IMG/VR virus record: IMGVR_UViG_3300046453_000026
Location: 700 to 64,699 of that record
Direction: 5' to 3' (one strand)
From: a virus
Taxonomy: Duplodnaviria > Caudoviricetes
Length of the DNA stretch: 64,000 nt
Shown: positions 21,689 through 32,300 of the stretch, in pieces
Layout: each line of letters begins with the position of its first letter
How positions within the stretch are numbered: position 1 is the first letter of the stretch
The notes under the pieces: model-generated
What the model was told of the DNA's origin: nothing
Seen by the model: only the letters and a program-made list of their open reading frames with translations
Databases searched by the model: none
Translations under genes and position numbers: made by a program

Positions 21689-21958
21689 TTACATTCTGTA
21701 GGCGACGACCGTAACGGCCGCGTCTGCTTTAAAGTTGTATACAGCCATCGGGACGACCTTTGTCACCCCTGCTTTGATCGGAATACCATCTACCCCTGCC
21801 GCGACAGGGTCCCCGGTTGTAGGATTGATGGCATTTGGATAGAACAGGGTATCGGTAGCACTGTCCACTTCGAGGTAGATGTACGCCCCATGAGTGTCCA
21901 GTACGCCGAAGGTTTGCGCCGTGATGACCTTATGTGATCTAAATCCTACGTTCAGCAT
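21689..21958 (-). CDS. Hypothetical virion protein
   Basis: RBS-supported ORF downstream of the capsid gene. Confidence 0.5.
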   Translation of the reverse strand: MLNVGFRSHKVITAQTFGVLDTHGAYIYLEVDSATDTLFYPNAINPTTGDPVAAGVDGIPIKAGVTKVVPMAVYNFKADAAVTVVAYRM

Positions 21959-21975
21959 AGGTCGTCAGCTCCTTC

Positions 21976-22353
21976 TTATCTCTTAGCCGCAGGGCGGGCA
22001 GGTGCAGTGCGTTTCGGTGCAGCAGGCGCCACTACTTCAGCAGCAGGTTCAGCAGCAGGTTCAGCAGCAGCAGGCTCTACTTCAGGCTCTGCGGCTGCTT
22101 CCTCAGGAGCCACTGGAGAGTATCCTGCTTCGTCCTCTTGTTGATCGCTCTCGTCGTCCTTAGTTTGATCATCTCCGTCTTCGGAAGGCTCTTCCGGGGC
22201 TTCCAGCGCACGGTATTCGTGCGAAAGCTCTGTAAGGACCTCGGCTACCGCGTCGGATACGTCCGCTACGCCGCCCTCGTCAAATTCAACCAGCTCGCCT
22301 GCCACTCTAACGTTCTCGGGGAACTCCCCGAAGTGCTTCTGAAATTTTGGCAT
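21976..22353 (-). CDS. Small acidic protein after the major capsid gene, with EPAA repeats
   Basis: FDEGGVADV motif; 12-bp AGCAGCAGGTTC tandem repeats near 22040-22075. Confidence 0.6.
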   Translation of the reverse strand: MPKFQKHFGEFPENVRVAGELVEFDEGGVADVSDAVAEVLTELSHEYRALEAPEEPSEDGDDQTKDDESDQQEDEAGYSPVAPEEAAAEPEVEPAAAEPAAEPAAEVVAPAAPKRTAPARPAAKR

Positions 22354-22387
22354 TTATACCGCTCCTTTTTAGTGGGTTTATAGATGC

Positions 22388-22423
22388 AAAAAGGAAGGGC
22401 TTGGACTAGCCCATGCCCTTCCT
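22388..22423 (-). terminator. Intrinsic terminator after the major capsid gene
   Basis: AGGAAGGGC...GCCCTTCCT followed by TTTT on the minus strand. Confidence 0.75.
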
Positions 22424-22441
22424 CGTTGTTGTATGGCCGTC

Positions 22442-23920
22442 TTATCGAGCGACTGGCTTCACAGTACCAAAGCTTGTTTGGCCGTAGACCGGACCGAACA
22501 GTTCGCGGTTGCTGTTGAGTCCCAGCGTTCCGATGTTCTTGATTACGACGATGCGGCGCGGGTTGTACACCTGCACCATGCCGTACATCAGGATCATGAA
22601 GCGCTCGGAGGCGGAGATACGAGCCAGCGGGAGCTTCATCAGCGGAGCGAGCTGCTTGAACGTCAGAACGTTCTCGCTGTCGTTGTCGATCAGCACAGCC
22701 GTGTGGGTGCCCGGAATATCGAAGTTGCGGTCAGGGATCACTTGGGATGCACCAGCCACAGCCTTGATTTCGAAAGCGTACAGCGCGTTTGCCGGGTTAT
22801 TTGTGTAACCACGGTACACACGATACGTCAGGGCAACAGGGTCAGACACTACGCTGTTAATCTTCAGATCAACGCGTTGGCCTGCTGTAGTGGTCTGTCC
22901 AGCACCACCTACATACAGTGGTGCAGATTCGCCTGCACTGTTCTTCGCGGTTACGAAGTAGTGGTACGTACCTGCTGCCAGTTTGGAGGTAGCGTCTGCT
23001 GCTGCCGCAGTTGGAGCTGTTGCATCGCCTGTAGGGACAGCAGGTGCTCCTTTTGCCGACACAGCGGGCGGCGCAGTCTCAGGCTTCAGGAACGTGTTGT
23101 TCATGAAGTTGATGTCTGCGGTGTTCGCGGAGTAACCACGGACAGGTGCACCCAGTGTAGCAGAGTCACCAACTCCGATACGTTGACGTCCGGCAGGCCC
23201 AGTCAGGAGCTTCGAGAAGTCCTTGTGCACTTGGTTCGTCAAGTGGAGGTCAAGGGATTGACCGCCATAGTTATCAGCGATGATAGTTGCGATATCTTCC
23301 AGCGTATTCTCGTCCAGAGGGAGACCCTGCATGTCGATAATGTGCTGGTTGGCGTAGTTTTTGCCGGAAACGAAGTTCCGTACCTGCGCGATAACGCCGT
23401 CGAATGCCAGAGGGTCCAGTGCGGAATCCGCAAAGTACAATTGACGTTCGAGCTGCGTCAGGAGCCACAGTGTGCCTGCTTGGGTCTGCTGCGCGACGAT
23501 ATCACCGATAGTGTTACGCACGAGCGTAGCCGGATGGGTGATGACGCGAGTAGTACCCAAGAACTTCACGTACTGGGCTTGACGCACGAAGTTGGAATCT
23601 TCTTCGCCCGGCAGACCGCCTTCGGTGAAGAACGGGGAAGACTTACCACCATAGCTGTCCAGCACGTTGAATTCTTCAACGGTGTTGAACGCTTGTTTCT
23701 TGCCGATGCTGTTCCAGAACTTGATGTGTTTCTGCTGTGCAGTAACAACCTTCAGTGTTCCTTCCAGCGATTGCGGGCGAATCGCGGACATGTCCGCATA
23801 TGCGCCATTGCCGTATGCTTCGCCGTCTTGGCCTGTGCCAAGGGCTTTATTCAGCTCTTCAAGCTCTGATAGAGAGTTCTGTCCGAAGCCGATCTCTCCC
23901 ACGTCTGCTACTTGTACCAT
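22442..23920 (-). CDS. Major capsid protein (SPO1/Twort-like) with probable cleaved N-terminal propeptide
   Basis: ELNKAL.TG...AIRPQSLEGTLK, STV-like NTVEEF, FDG and LAPLMKLPLA motifs. Confidence 0.9.
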   Translation of the reverse strand: MVQVADVGEIGFGQNSLSELEELNKALGTGQDGEAYGNGAYADMSAIRPQSLEGTLKVVTAQQKHIKFWNSIGKKQAFNTVEEFNVLDSYGGKSSPFFTEGGLPGEEDSNFVRQAQYVKFLGTTRVITHPATLVRNTIGDIVAQQTQAGTLWLLTQLERQLYFADSALDPLAFDGVIAQVRNFVSGKNYANQHIIDMQGLPLDENTLEDIATIIADNYGGQSLDLHLTNQVHKDFSKLLTGPAGRQRIGVGDSATLGAPVRGYSANTADINFMNNTFLKPETAPPAVSAKGAPAVPTGDATAPTAAAADATSKLAAGTYHYFVTAKNSAGESAPLYVGGAGQTTTAGQRVDLKINSVVSDPVALTYRVYRGYTNNPANALYAFEIKAVAGASQVIPDRNFDIPGTHTAVLIDNDSENVLTFKQLAPLMKLPLARISASERFMILMYGMVQVYNPRRIVVIKNIGTLGLNSNRELFGPVYGQTSFGTVKPVAR

Positions 23921-23950
23921 GGCTCTGTTCCCCCTTTGTGTGCTTGCGAC

Positions 23951-24685
23951 CTATTCAAGCCCAAGCTCTTGTTTAATGTCCGACGTAAGTCGAAGTTGCT
24001 CGAAAGGTGTACCACCCTCGTAGCGCATGATCTCCGTACCGATCCCCATGTTTCCGGCTTCAAAGGACTTGTTCAGTACTTCCATGACGCGGCTGCGCGT
24101 CAGCGGTGCACCGTTACCCTTGTCCATGGACTTGGTGATGGTTTGGACCTCACGCTGGTTGACGACGCCTTTACGACCCACTGGGGTGCTCAGGACTGTA
24201 TCCAAGGACTTCCGAAGCTCTTCGTTATCGGAAGATAGCTCGTCCATCCGGGATGCCATAGTCTGTACGAGTCCGCCAAGCGACGTCAGCGCATTCACCA
24301 CTGCTCCCTGCTGCTTCGCAACATGGCTCAGAGACTTCTGAAGGCCGTCGACGTTAAAGCCGAACTCTTCAGCGATGTCCTGCAAGAAACCGGACACGTC
24401 GAACGCTTGCTGTTGCGTCTTACCCAGTGACTTTGCGAAATCCGTGGTTAGCGCCTTCTTCAAGTCGCCCTTTTCCTCGTCTTCCTCTTCGTCCTCGCCC
24501 TTTTCCTCGTCTTGGTTGTCGTCGTCGCCATCTTCCTCGTCTTGGTTGTCGTCGTCTTGGTCATCAGCTCCGTGCGCCTTGATTAGCTCTTCCTCTTCCT
24601 CGTCGGCAGTCTCCAATGACTTCCGAAGTTCTTCAAGGTCGGTATCAAGCTGCACTGCTGCTTTTGCCTGTGCTGCTGTTGGCAT
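23951..24685 (-). CDS. Nested in-frame scaffolding protein (internal start)
   Basis: GGAGGTGACAAC-ATG inside the protease ORF, at MPTAAQAK. Confidence 0.65.
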   Translation of the reverse strand: MPTAAQAKAAVQLDTDLEELRKSLETADEEEEELIKAHGADDQDDDNQDEEDGDDDNQDEEKGEDEEEDEEKGDLKKALTTDFAKSLGKTQQQAFDVSGFLQDIAEEFGFNVDGLQKSLSHVAKQQGAVVNALTSLGGLVQTMASRMDELSSDNEELRKSLDTVLSTPVGRKGVVNQREVQTITKSMDKGNGAPLTRSRVMEVLNKSFEAGNMGIGTEIMRYEGGTPFEQLRLTSDIKQELGLE

Positions 24686-25573
24686 GTTGTCACCTCCAAT
24701 TTTCCCGAATAGGGATTTTAGGACCGGGTACCTCTCGGAGATGTACGCCGCGTACTGACACGCTTCGTCGTAGTCCAGCCCGCCGTGGCGACCGTACAGG
24801 TATGCACCCATTCCAGCCTCCGCTGCCGTGCCTACTACGAAAGACTTCCGAAGGTCCTTGTCCTTCATATGGTCGTGGACAAACGAACGAAAGAGCTTAA
24901 TCCATCTCTCCTGCTCGTCTTCGGTGCTCTTCGCACCTCCCTCGACCGACTGAGGCATGACTTCCGCCATCCCTGCTGTGTCGAGCGACTTGTCGACCAT
25001 GTTGATCTCCACTTCGTGGTCTTTAGAGAAGGACTTTGCCAGCTCTGCCCACGTCATGGTGTTCACCGGGTTCATCGTAAGCACGACGTTCCGAAGTACA
25101 GACTTCAGAATCTTCCCAGTCTTACGGTCTCGCTCCTTGACGCCTCCCTCGATAGACCAGCCCATAGTCCGCTTGGTGTGAGACTTTTTCAGGTCTTCGA
25201 TGGCCGTTACCGCTTGCTTTGCCAGCTCGCGATTCTGGAATAGCCGTCCTTTCACGTAAATACCGTTTACGGACTTCTGAAGCGTAGGGTGGGTGAACTG
25301 TCCGACCCTAACTTCCAGCGGTTCCCCGATGAACTGGTTGGGGCTATTGCCGTGCTCGTACTTAATCCATCCTTTCGTCAGGAAGTACGAGCAGTCCATG
25401 CCTTCCGGCGTGATGGAGTCTTCTTCTTCGTCCTTTACGTCCGAAGTCATGACCCCTTGGACTATCCAGTCACCGTTCGCGTCCACTTCTACCGACTTCA
25501 GAAGGTCAGTGTCTTCGATAGGCACCCACACGCGATAGGAGTCCGGTAGGACATTTACTGGTGTGTCAGCCAC
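23951..25573 (-). CDS. Prohead protease fused to scaffold domain
   Basis: D.EE..I.P.GMD, KYEH, GWSIEG and VVLT.NPVN protease motifs, then acidic and coiled-coil scaffold. GTG start at 25573 with RBS. Confidence 0.85.
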   Translation of the reverse strand: MADTPVNVLPDSYRVWVPIEDTDLLKSVEVDANGDWIVQGVMTSDVKDEEEDSITPEGMDCSYFLTKGWIKYEHGNSPNQFIGEPLEVRVGQFTHPTLQKSVNGIYVKGRLFQNRELAKQAVTAIEDLKKSHTKRTMGWSIEGGVKERDRKTGKILKSVLRNVVLTMNPVNTMTWAELAKSFSKDHEVEINMVDKSLDTAGMAEVMPQSVEGGAKSTEDEQERWIKLFRSFVHDHMKDKDLRKSFVVGTAAEAGMGAYLYGRHGGLDYDEACQYAAYISERYPVLKSLFGKIGGDNMPTAAQAKAAVQLDTDLEELRKSLETADEEEEELIKAHGADDQDDDNQDEEDGDDDNQDEEKGEDEEEDEEKGDLKKALTTDFAKSLGKTQQQAFDVSGFLQDIAEEFGFNVDGLQKSLSHVAKQQGAVVNALTSLGGLVQTMASRMDELSSDNEELRKSLDTVLSTPVGRKGVVNQREVQTITKSMDKGNGAPLTRSRVMEVLNKSFEAGNMGIGTEIMRYEGGTPFEQLRLTSDIKQELGLE

Positions 25574-25596
25574 TAAGCTCACCTTCCCTTCTAAGC

Positions 25597-25743
25597 AAAA
25601 AGAACGAGGACAGCACAAGACACTCGATCTATTCGCTAACCCCGGCTTGCGCCGCGCAGTAAGCTTTCGGTCGATGCGCACAGTAGCGGGCGAGCTGGTA
25701 GGTTCCCGCTACTGTGCGTCGGTGTCTTGGGCTGTCCTCGTTC
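25597..25743 (-). promoter_or_regulatory. Structured 5' leader / attenuator-like RNA before the protease-capsid operon
   Basis: 13+8-bp outer stem (25602-25623 with 25722-25743), 14-bp inner stem (25677-25690 with 25705-25718), then a U-run and RBS. Confidence 0.65.
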
Positions 25744-25772
25744 GTGGACTTCGTTGCCCTATTTCAGCCTGA

Positions 25773-25801
25773 ATAATACACTGGCTTCCGAAGGGCGTCA
25801 A
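25773..25801 (-). promoter_or_regulatory. SigA-type promoter with CTTCGGAAG in its spacer
   Basis: TTGACG-17 bp-TATTAT on the minus strand. Confidence 0.65.
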
Positions 25802-25803
25802 TA

Positions 25804-26010
25804 CTATTTTTGCGCTTTTACGACAAACTTCGGGCGGGGTACTGCGGATGGTTCACCGTTCATCTCAACGGGGATCGGGTTGGGTGTTTTGCACGAGGGG
25901 CATAGCGCCGTTGCGCCACTAGGCGTGAATAGAACCATCCGGGTCCGTAGCTTCCATCCCTCCGGCGTCTTGTCCATTAGTATCCTGTTGCACTCCGAAC
26001 AGTGTAGCAT
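25804..26010 (-). CDS. Small Zn-ribbon protein, Mu Com-like
   Basis: C..CNRIL...CPSCKT.N pattern, 68 aa. Confidence 0.6.
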   Translation of the reverse strand: MLHCSECNRILMDKTPEGWKLRTRMVLFTPSGATALCPSCKTPNPIPVEMNGEPSAVPRPKFVVKAQK

Positions 26011-26023
26011 CCGCGACTCCCTC

Positions 26024-26281
26024 CTATGCGCCGAATTGCGCTTTTTTGTCTGTTACCATGATGTCGCTGAAACCTACGCGCTCGCACGCGCCAATCAGAT
26101 TCCGCCAGACCTTAGCGACGGATTCCTCTTCTTCTTCGTGGGAAAGCCCCTCGTCTATAAGTGCTCTTCGGAAGTTCCTCTCGTTGCTAGACAAGTAGCT
26201 AACGCACTCTTGCGCATCGTCTACGGTCTGAATCTCGTCGGTGAAAGAGTCCTCGTCAAACATGCGGCTATTGTCATCCAT
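26024..26281 (-). CDS. Hypothetical acidic protein
   Basis: RBS-supported ORF. Confidence 0.55.
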   Translation of the reverse strand: MDDNSRMFDEDSFTDEIQTVDDAQECVSYLSSNERNFRRALIDEGLSHEEEEESVAKVWRNLIGACERVGFSDIMVTDKKAQFGA

Positions 26282-26336
26282 TCCGGTTCACCCCTTCGCA
26301 TAAAGAGGGAGCTTCCGAAGAAGCCCCGCTCGGTCG

Positions 26337-29300
26337 TCACAACAGTATCACAAGTTTTAACGCTTTGTCAGCACTTGCTGCCGGGAGCTTCGGAAGCTTG
26401 GTAACCACCCGTTCTGCCACTTTCGGCTTACGTGGTGCGGCAGTAACTCCGCGAGGTTTCCGGCGCTGATCGTTACGGCTTGTAAATCCTCGGTGCCCTC
26501 TTCCGATGGTGCCTTGCGTCTCGCCCAGCTTCGGATTCTTCTCGGCGCTGCGGGTGCTACCTGTCAGGTCCTCAACGCCCTTGATCTTAGCGTCCTGCGC
26601 GTTGAACATGAAATCCTCAACCGTGTTTGGCACGTGCATGGACTCCACCCGGACGCTGTTTGCTCTGCCGATCTGTGCGTGAGTCTTGGCAGAGTCGGAA
26701 CGTCGTACTCGCGCGGTGAACTGCGCCATCTTCTGCGGGTTCCAGTCTTGGTCGTAGTGGAACATGATGTGTGCATTACCGAAGTCGACGCCTTCTTTAC
26801 CCGCCGGGGACACCGTAGTCGCCCACAGACTACCTTGATTCTTAGCATAGTCGTGCTTGTTGCCTCGGAAGCCTACTTTCGTATCCTCCCGGTCGGTGGC
26901 CTCTCCGGTGAACTGCCCCTGCCCAAGGTCTTTGTAGCCCTGCTTGTGCAGGTCGGCAAAGATCGGGTGCGACTTCCTAACCTCTTTCAGTACGTTGTCG
27001 ATGATGTCCGTACCGAATGTGGTGTAACTCGACTTCACGACGACCTTTGGAACCATAGGTACCTGACCGCGCTTGATGCGGTCCTTGTTCTCATCCTGCA
27101 AGCCGTCGAGGTACTTGTGGATGCGGTCCTGTAGGTACTGCGCTTTTGGGTTCTCCTTGTGAAGTGGCGGCAGCAGTTTAGGACTGCCGTCCCCGTTCTT
27201 CGCGTAGCCTCCCTCACCGTCGCTTTCGTAGTACCGTTTGAACCCGTCCTTATCGACGACGTAGTGCTCGCCCTCTTTCAGGCCCTGTGCTGCCTTCTTA
27301 CCAGCTTCGGAAGTAGCCGCAGCGCTTTGCGCATCGGTCGCGCCAGAGTCCAGTGCATCGCCGCCACCAACAAACATCTTATGAGACAGTGGTGCGTTCA
27401 GGAATTTCGCCAGCTTCTGCATAGCTGTCAGGTAGTTGCCGCCGTCTTTCTTACCTTGGTCAATCCCGGTGGCTGCGGCGGTCGCTAGTTCTGCCTTCTT
27501 GGATTCAGGCAGGTACTTCGCTTCCAGCTCCTTGTACTTATCGTACATACGCTGCACGGACGGGCTGACGTTCTTCGGTGTGGTCGTGGTTACCGTGTAC
27601 TTCTCGCCGTTCTTGGCGTTGGTAACCTCCTTCTGCTCGGACTCGAAGTCCGTGATCGAGTGCTTCGTGCCGTAGTAGTTGTTCGTGTTGTGGTCCCGGC
27701 TGCGGTCGACCATATTCCCCATGAAGTCGGTCTTCGGTGATGGCTTATCCACTTCGGAAGCCCCTTCGAGATGCGGGAAGTGAATCTTCGACCCGTCGTT
27801 GTACGTCACGTCCTCGCCACCCCGGAACTGAATAACGTTCGCCATGATATCGCCCAGCTTCTCGGACATGGCAGGCTTGATGCCGACGATCTTGCCGTTC
27901 TTATCTTTCTGCATGTAGTTGTCCGTGAACTCCTTCATGCTCCCCAGTTCGTGCTTGCCTCCTGTTACGGTGTCAATCAGGGCGTAGGCTTCGCGCGCGT
28001 CGTTCTCCATTGGTGTACCGGACAGGCCCCATACGTTCTTGAACTTGTCGGTGGTCTCCGCCAAGGCAGTACCGCGCTTACCCTTCTGGTTCTTGAAGGC
28101 ATGGACCTCGTCAATCACGATGTTGTCATACATGCCGCTGTTGGCGAAGTGCTCACGGTTCCGCATGAACGTATCGTAGTTGACGATATGGAAGTCATGA
28201 TCTTCGGAAGCATGAGCTGATGTGTTCTTCTTGAAGCTCTTGAAGTCCACCGCTTCCTGCTCATTGCCCGCCTGACCCCACATGCTGCGGCCGCGCTCGT
28301 TCTTGACGCCCTTCAGGCCGGAACCGATGAATAGCGCTGTGCTGTTGGTGTGGGACCCGACTTCCTTACCCCAGTCAGACATGATGCCCTTCGGAGATAC
28401 GATCAGGGTCTTCTTCGGCTTACGCCCTGCTGCCAGCTCTTCTGCCTTGTAGTGCAGTCCGGCCACGACGCCCAGAATGGTCTTCCCGGTGCCCATGCCG
28501 TGCCCGGCGATTGCTCTTCCGCGCTTCCGAAGGTGGGCGGCTCCTTCAAGCTGCGTCCCGTAGAGTCCTTGGCTCGGGTTCATCAGGTAGGAGTGTTCGT
28601 TGAACTGCGCCTTGTAGTGCTTGTCGAATTCCGGGTTGCTCGTCTTGACCGTCGATGGCTGGAACTGATCACGAAGCTCCGGCACGCTCTCCGGTTTGCG
28701 GTCCTTGCGGGCAAAGTGGTCTTTCAGGTACTCCGACGCTTCGTGCGTCAGCGATATGCCTCTGCTGTCCTTGCCAAGGTCTTCACGCAGCTTTTCGAAC
28801 ATGGCGGTGGATATGCGAGCTGTCCCGTCATTCAGAACCCGGACGCCTGCGGATTCGACATGCTTCCGCATAGAATCGGGCACGTGTACCTCCAGCTCCT
28901 TGACGTACGAGCTGCTGAACTTCGCCATCAGCTCCTTGCCCGCTTTGGAACGTCCCAGCACCTTCGCCAGCCGCTTGTGCTGCTGGTCAGACAGCTCGAT
29001 GTCCTTCTGAAGGTTTCCGTCCTTATCGAACGCTCCTTGATTGACGTTAGCCTTCTGGAGGGCTTGTGTGAACAGGTCCTTGGCGAGGTCTGCCCGGCGC
29101 TGAGATTTTGGGTCTTCTCCCTTGAAGGCCTCCGCGATGTTCATCCGGTGCGCGCCAGATTTTGCTACTTTGACGACAGCGTTCCCGGAATCGGACAGGA
29201 TTCGACCTTCTTCCCTAGCTGCCTTCAGCTCGCCTTTGCCAAACATCCCAATGACATGGCCTTTGCCGTCTGTGACCTTATAGGTGTCGCCCTCAATCGA

Positions 29301-32300
29301 GTGGATTCGACCCTTTCTGTACCCTGCGCCGTCCTTATACATCACCGCGTTGCCTGCTTTCATGGCGACGTCGTTCTGTGTCGTAAAGCGTCGGTCCACC
29401 AGCTTACCGTTTTTAAACAAGGCCTTCACGGGTTCCCCAGTGGTCGGGTCGATACTGCCCTTCGGAACATCGCGGCTGTCAATATAGCGGTAACCGCCAT
29501 ACTTGCCTCCGACGACGCGCGGCGCTCCCTTACCGTCGTATTCGAGCTGAATATGGTGACCCAGTGCGTCTCCGATGTGAATATCGCTGCCAAAGTGTGC
29601 CGTAATCCAGCGTCGGTTACCTACTGCGGACTTCAGAAGCTCGTTAAGGTCCGATTCGTTGGAAATAGGCTTACGCTGGTTCAACAAGCGCGCCATCAGA
29701 GGGTCCTTAATGTACCCTTCAGCATCGGTCGAGATATGGTTAACAGTTCCATCCGCCATCTTCTGTGCGAAGGTCTGCATCTTGATCGAGCCGTCACTAT
29801 CGCGAGCTTGGTCAACCAGCTTGAACTCTTTGTGCAGCATGGTGTCCTGAAGCCCTGCTTTAGTGTTGGCGCGATGCTTCGCCCATTCGTCGTCTGTGAT
29901 CTTCTTCATGAATGGCTTGTCTGCATCGGTGTTGGCAAACTGCGTTAGGGTAGCCTTAAGGTTGGAAGCGTCCTTTCCGGTGTACCCTAGCGCCCGGCCA
30001 AGGTGTCCCCAGTTCGTTAAGTCCTCATGTGCCCCGCCGTCCGGGTCGAAGGCTTCAGTAACAGCACTCGTGTACTTACCGCGCTCTTCGTTACCATCGG
30101 CGTCCTTCTTACGGGAGCCTGCTCCCCCTGTAAAGTCTCCGCCGATCTCCACCAGCATTGTCTTCCCGGTGATCGGGTTGCCAATCATGTACTTACCTTC
30201 CGGCAGCAGGTTCTTCCCTGCTTCCTCACGGGCGCGGCCCATTTCCTTCACGCCAAAAGACTCGGCCAGTGCTTCCATATTCCCGTCGGCTGCTGGGTTC
30301 ATGCTGGCTACATCCTTCAGAAAGCTTCCCATTTTGTCCTTGTTACGGCCAGCTACTGAACCGATACCTGCCAGAACCTCGCGGGCCTTGGCTTCAGCTT
30401 CGGAAGGGTTCTTACCGGATTTATAGGTATCATGATAGGCTTGCAGCGCCTCTTTGACGCCCGGCTTGTTCAAGAAGTGACTTCCAAGATGGGTCCGCTT
30501 CTCGTCCTCTGTCATGCTGTCCAGCTCTTCGCGCTCAGCGTCTGGCAGGTCAGAGTAGACATCCAGCGCTTTATGGGAGTGGTTGTCAAGAAAGTCTTTC
30601 ACATGTCCCCCTACAAGCCTATTGCCGTCCTTCTGCTTCCAGTCAGAACGCATCCGCTCCATTTGCTCGCGGAATGCTTGAACGCCGTGGTCGACCACAT
30701 GGCGGTTATCCTCGTTGACGTCCGCATCACGGGTGAACTGAATATCTCCGGCGTCATCGAAGTCAACGCCCCGGTTCTTCTTGGCGTAGCTCGCGCGCTC
30801 AGTAGCGTAGTCAAAAGTACCGTCCTTCTTCCCGGCGTTCTTCTCTTTGGCTGCGATGTGGCTCTTCCATCCCTCACGAGCGGAGGCCTCGCGGCCCTCT
30901 TCGTGAGAAGCCAGCGCTTCCCTCTCATGATGAAACTCCAGCTTGTCCTCCTGCGCACCTGCGTTGTGCTCGTCCCGATGCGCCGCATTCGACGAATCAT
31001 ACAGAAGCTCCCCGGTAGTAGAGCTGACAAGCACACGCTTGCCGCCCCACGTAATCCATGCAGAGCCGGGGTTCTTCAGCAGCAGCTCTTCCGACCATGT
31101 CTTACCGCCACCCTTGGATCGGGCGGCGGCGTGCTGTTGTTCAGAGATACTTCCGTACTTCTTCTTGTTGGCCTTCACATACTCGGTTGCCCGGCTGTTA
31201 ACGGCGTGGTTACTCCCGCCTTTATGGGGGAACATGGACTTCCGAAGCTCGTTACGGTGCGCGTTGAACGACTTATACAGGTCGTTGTCCGGCGGCAGCG
31301 TAAGCTCAGTGATGTGCGCCACGACGTCGCCTTCGTCCAGCATGATAAAGCTGCCCACGTACTCGTGTGGCTCCATGGACTTCAGAAGGTCATCCTTGCT
31401 ATCAGCATACAGCGTCCGGGTGTAGGTCTGCTGTAGAACATCGACACCCACACCCCAAGACCGCAGGGACTTCACGAGGTCGTATTCGTAGAAGGCCTTC
31501 ATGATCGAACCAACTACAAGGGACTTCAGCATCCGTAGCTGCTGGATGGCAGGGTGATTCTGCATAACAGCGGCGCTGATCTTCTTCATTGCCCGACCAA
31601 GGGTGTTCTCGACCCATTTCGTGTCCACGTCCGCCCCGTGCTTGTCGTTGAGACGCTGCGCCACTTCGGAAGCCGTCATGCTCGCCTTACTGCCTGTTTC
31701 GGAAGCTTGGGAGTGCTTAATGGTCATTGCCCGGATTTCGTCGTCCGTCAGTCCCATGTCACGCATAGCCTGCGGAAGCGCACCCTTCAGTTCGGCCTGC
31801 CGCTCTTTCTCGATAGCTGCTTCTTCTGGGGAGGCTCCGGTACGCTCAGTTACGCTGTCCTTAATGGACACGGTCTTCCCATCGGCGCTCTCTGCGGCTG
31901 CTTTGTCGATGCTCGTCGTCTTCTGCTGAGCGCTGTAGTTCTTCAGTGCTCGAAGCTTGTCAGATGGGTCCTCATACCGCTTGTTGGTCTGCACCCAGTC
32001 GCCCTTTGCGTCGTCATAATGCGGCGCGCGCACAATCGGGGCGTCCTTGAATGCCTTAGAGTTGGCTTCGAGGTGGTCAGCCAGCTCACCATGCGTAGGT
32101 GCCCGACCAAGCTTCTGCGTCAGCGACTCTTCGTGCTTGCGCATATCTCCGATAGCTCCGCGAATCTCGTGCGGCGCCGGGATGTCGTTCATGAAGTCAT
32201 AGATGTCACGGTGCAGCTTCTGCTTCATCCGGGAAATGGTATGAGCTGCGATGGACGTGCCCTTCTCGGGGTTCTGGCTGCCGGACAGGATACTGTGCAG

